Origin: Dicyema japonicum
Taxonomy: Eukaryota; Animalia; Dicyemida
Direction: 5' to 3'
Assembly: GCA_011109175.1 (NCBI GenBank)
Contig: RDEW01000018.1
Location: 820,510 to 884,509, forward strand
DNA length: 64,000 nucleotides
Shown here piece by piece: positions 60,767 to 64,000 of the stretch. The position numbers and the translations under genes were made by a program. The first letter of the stretch is position 1. The number at the start of each line of letters is the position of its first letter. A model generated the notes under the pieces. It searched no databases. It had not been told where the DNA came from and saw nothing but the letters and a program-made list of their open reading frames with translations.

Positions 60767-61705
60767 TATTGTCACACATAACCAGCTAGAAAATTCTCGG
60801 AAAATTTAATTTTTTTTAATTTAATTAAAATAATTTTCCAAAGATAAAATTGAGGTTTTGGATAACTAGGGTTAGTCGAAGAGGGCTTTTGAGAGAGCAA
60901 CATGATATTATCAGATAGATGCATAATGACTAACTTTCCGGTAAATTTAAGCACCCGTTTCCTGGTTATTGACATAAAAGAGGTCTTTGGAAACAACTAG
61001 AAGATCTATTAGTGCACCAAAAACCTCAGTTTTTAATTCACACAAATCAGAAACTAATGAGTTGATGAAGGGGATGACTAGATTTCTTCCACCTATGCCT
61101 TTACTTATTATATGGAGGAATTGACAAATTTTTGATGGCTGTTCGGATATCTGCATCTGTAACAAAAACATGCCAATGGTAGAACGGGTAGCGCAAGTAA
61201 TCTAGAAAAGCTTAGTATTTCGCTTTTATCAAGATGAGTGTCTCTGTGTGGATAGTGTCATCAAATGTTAAAAGACGGTTGGCAGTTTAGACATCACACT
61301 CACAAAACTTCAAGCAGATCCGCTTGAGGAAATCTTAAAGTGCTCGGAAATCCTAAACAAAGTTAGGAGGCGTACAATGGTGTATTTCCTAGGGATGCCT
61401 TATAAGACCCAACCACAGCGTTTGTCCATTTACATTAAACCAGGACAATAAGAAATTTGTAGATTTAATTGTAGAGATTTTGCGAAACTTTATGGCAAAA
61501 GAATAAAAAATATAAGCAAAGATAAGCGTCCATAAGATGCCCTGATCGAAGATGTTGAAAAGGAGAAAATGCCCTAATATTTATTTTGTACTAGTTACTA
61601 AAAATTTATTGCCTCATTTAATAAGGGGAACTTGTAGAAGCATCTCATAAGTTGTGATGTATATGTAAAAACTGTTTGTATAAGGAAAGACAAATTAATG
61701 AAAAT

Positions 61706-62305
61706 CTAATTGTCATTAATATTCAATTGACTCATCTCATTGGATAAATCATTTTGTTTCTGGTACTCCTCTGAAATGTAATAATAAATTACCTTTAGCC
61801 TTCTTTCGATCCCCTAAAATATTAAAATCCGACCCTTTCTTGAAAAATGAATCATTTTTGTAAATGTAAGAGTCACTTTTACGGGAATAACTCTGTTTTC
61901 TATTATTCCTTTCATTAAATTTCCTATCACTAAAATTCCTATCATCTCGATTGCGTCCCCTCCTCTCAATAGTCAAATATTTATCATCATAAGTCTAAAG
62001 TAATGAATACTCCAAACACATCCATCAAACTCAATTGCTTTGTTTATGGAGGCTTCATTAGACAAATAAACAACAGCACGTCCTGTGAATGAACCACTTT
62101 CACCATCATTTATTAACTTTATTTTCTTTATCTAACAATCACATTAATTATTTACTTCACAATTTGATAATATTCCATAAATATCACTATCTATTGTGTC
62201 TAAAGGAAGACCTGATATTTGAATTGCATATTGGTCATCCTTGAACTCTTTAAGTGCATTTGTATCACGTATTCTATATGTTATTATAACACACCACCTA
62301 GACAT
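61706..62305 (-). CDS. EIF4H: eIF4H/eIF4B-like single-RRM translation factor
   Basis: YAIQISGLPLDT...IKKIKLINDGESGSFTGRAVV...AIEFDG...YLTI followed by an R/D/N-rich tail; 22-24 nt introns. Confidence 0.7.
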
Positions 62306-62389
62306 CTTATTATCTTTATTATTATTTATAATATTAATATATAATTATTGTATATTTATATAAATTAGTTGGTAATTAGAGGCATGAAA

Positions 62390-62600
62390 TGTCCACGTTG
62401 ATGACTTATAAAATCAAAATGCAACTCTCAACAATACACAGCCACGACGTTCTTATGAGAAGGATGTACATCACCTCTCTCCAATTCCTATTCCCGAAAC
62501 CACCCCGCCCACAGAGAAGTTGTGTTGGATCTCAGAAGGCGCACGAGGAGAAAATGAGAATTCTGATTGAGGTTTTTGAGATCACTTAATTAATTTAGTA
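62390..62600 (+). mobile_element. 3' stub of an Ingi/Vingi-like LINE
   Basis: Decayed CPRC-like motif; ends FEIT-stop at 62575-62589. Confidence 0.45.
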
Positions 62601-64000
62601 ATTAAATTAACTATTGATGTTCTTGGGTTAATAATAATAATAAAATGACGTAATTAGGAGCCTTTGAAACCCCCAATCTATAGAAGTGTTGAAATAGGAA
62701 TAATTATAATCCTGTCTCAAAAAATTGTAGATTAAATATATAATATGATTTGCTAATAATAAGTTCAATTTGTAACCAAACAACAAAAGTATAAAAATTT
62801 TCCACATCATTGATAAAATTTGTGAATATAAGAAGTTAGTTAAGAGAAAAACATAGATGTACTTACAACTTAAAAGTTCCTTAACCTTTGTGATTGTCCT
62901 TGATAATATTTCAAAAAGATTTCTTAAAGAAAACAATATGAATCAATGATCTCCCAATCGAAACTTGCGTAATAAATCATTTTAAACAAAAAACCAAGAT
63001 TTTAGATTTAATATTGAAGTATAATATGTCACTTTTTGTTAAATCGCTTGTCTGATATCGCCTCTTTTCAAAAATCGAATTAAAAACTATTATAATATAT
63101 AAAATCTAGTGATGCTTTGTTAAGTTTCGACACTTAATGGCGATTAATCAGACTAGTGACTTATCAGAATGAGATATAATATGATTAACAAGTTATAATT
63201 GTTTATTCCAACATAATTGATAAAATGTTCTTTCACGATAACTATCGAAATTGAATTTAAAAATCGACATCATGGATTCTTCTGAGTGTGGTCACAGCCT
63301 CTTTAGGAAAAACAAAATATCCCATTTATCACCCAGTTGTTTCAACAGAAGTCGTATGGAATCTCAACCGGTCGAGATTTCTTTCCTTTAGTCTACTCTG
63401 CATTTTTTTCAGCGGATACATTGACTTGCTAAAATGTTTTTAAGCAGGAAAAAAATTTATAAAGTAAAATATTACCAGACATTTTTACTTGTTCTTTTGT
63501 TTTTGATAACGTCATTGATTCTTCCCTGTGAAATAAGGAACACGAGCACTTCAAATTGGTTTGCTAAAGTCACCAGACCCTGGAAATGATCTCTTTTAAC
63601 GAAAAGATTTTTACACTCAAGCCTCATGAATCCAAAATTGGTAACCTCATATTTTGAAAAATTGAATGAGGCCGATGCTTTGAAGGATTGAGATTTTTCA
63701 ATACAGTATTTGGTTGGTTGTCCATCATAGTGCAATCTTCATACTCGTTCAAAGAACTGCATCATATAACCACCAATTTCGAGGCTGAACAGAGCTGCTC
63801 TAGTGGATTTCTACTGATCAAACCTCTCTCCCTTATTAAACAATTATCAAACGTTTTCTTGGAAGTAGTTATGAGATGACAACCTCTAATATGCTAAATC
63901 CTTCATATTGAAATTGTGTCTAACCAAATCAATAGATCTGTTACACTTTTTGTTAATTTATGTATCCCATCGACGTGCTAGTAACAATATATATTTTTTT

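Noticed and set aside
62628-62936. 102-aa hydrophobic minus-strand ORF
   Set aside because: Low-complexity AT-rich translation, no family recognised, no clear micro-intron pattern.

Overview
AT-rich eukaryotic (animal-like) genomic window. Compact host genes are interrupted by spliceosomal introns of only about 21-27 nt and separated by a dense patchwork of retrotransposon remnants. Recognisable host genes: CCDC146/MBO2, NDUFB7, MAP3K4/MEKK4, SAP30BP, WDR26, SKP2, ZC3H14/Nab2, CHMP6/VPS20 and an eIF4H-like gene, plus three or four orphan genes. Motile-cilia and complex I genes together with ~22-nt introns suggest a dicyemid mesozoan (Dicyema-like); this is inference. Mobile DNA: (i) two long and about eight fragmentary CRE-clade non-LTR elements (PHD finger-RT-REL endonuclease); (ii) one near-intact R4/Dong-like element with an exact 20-bp TSD; (iii) many pieces of an Ingi/Vingi-like APE-RT family; (iv) an I/Jockey-like LINE with a gag-like ORF1; (v) a foldback MULE with a 10-bp TSD; (vi) a modular tRNA-derived SINE family; (vii) decayed LTR-element remnants. 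The most interesting signal is six hand-folded HDV-ribozyme-like pseudoknots at element 5' ends. Two look canonical (P1.1 GG and a catalytic C). Four form a covarying variant without those catalytic hallmarks. In several copies the fold is followed by a 2A-like GD(V/I)ExNPG peptide and an APE endonuclease, and twice the in-frame ATG lies inside the fold. Several 1-nt indels in conserved genes suggest assembly errors. All homology calls come from remembered family motifs and all RNA folds from manual base-pairing; no searches or folding programs were run.
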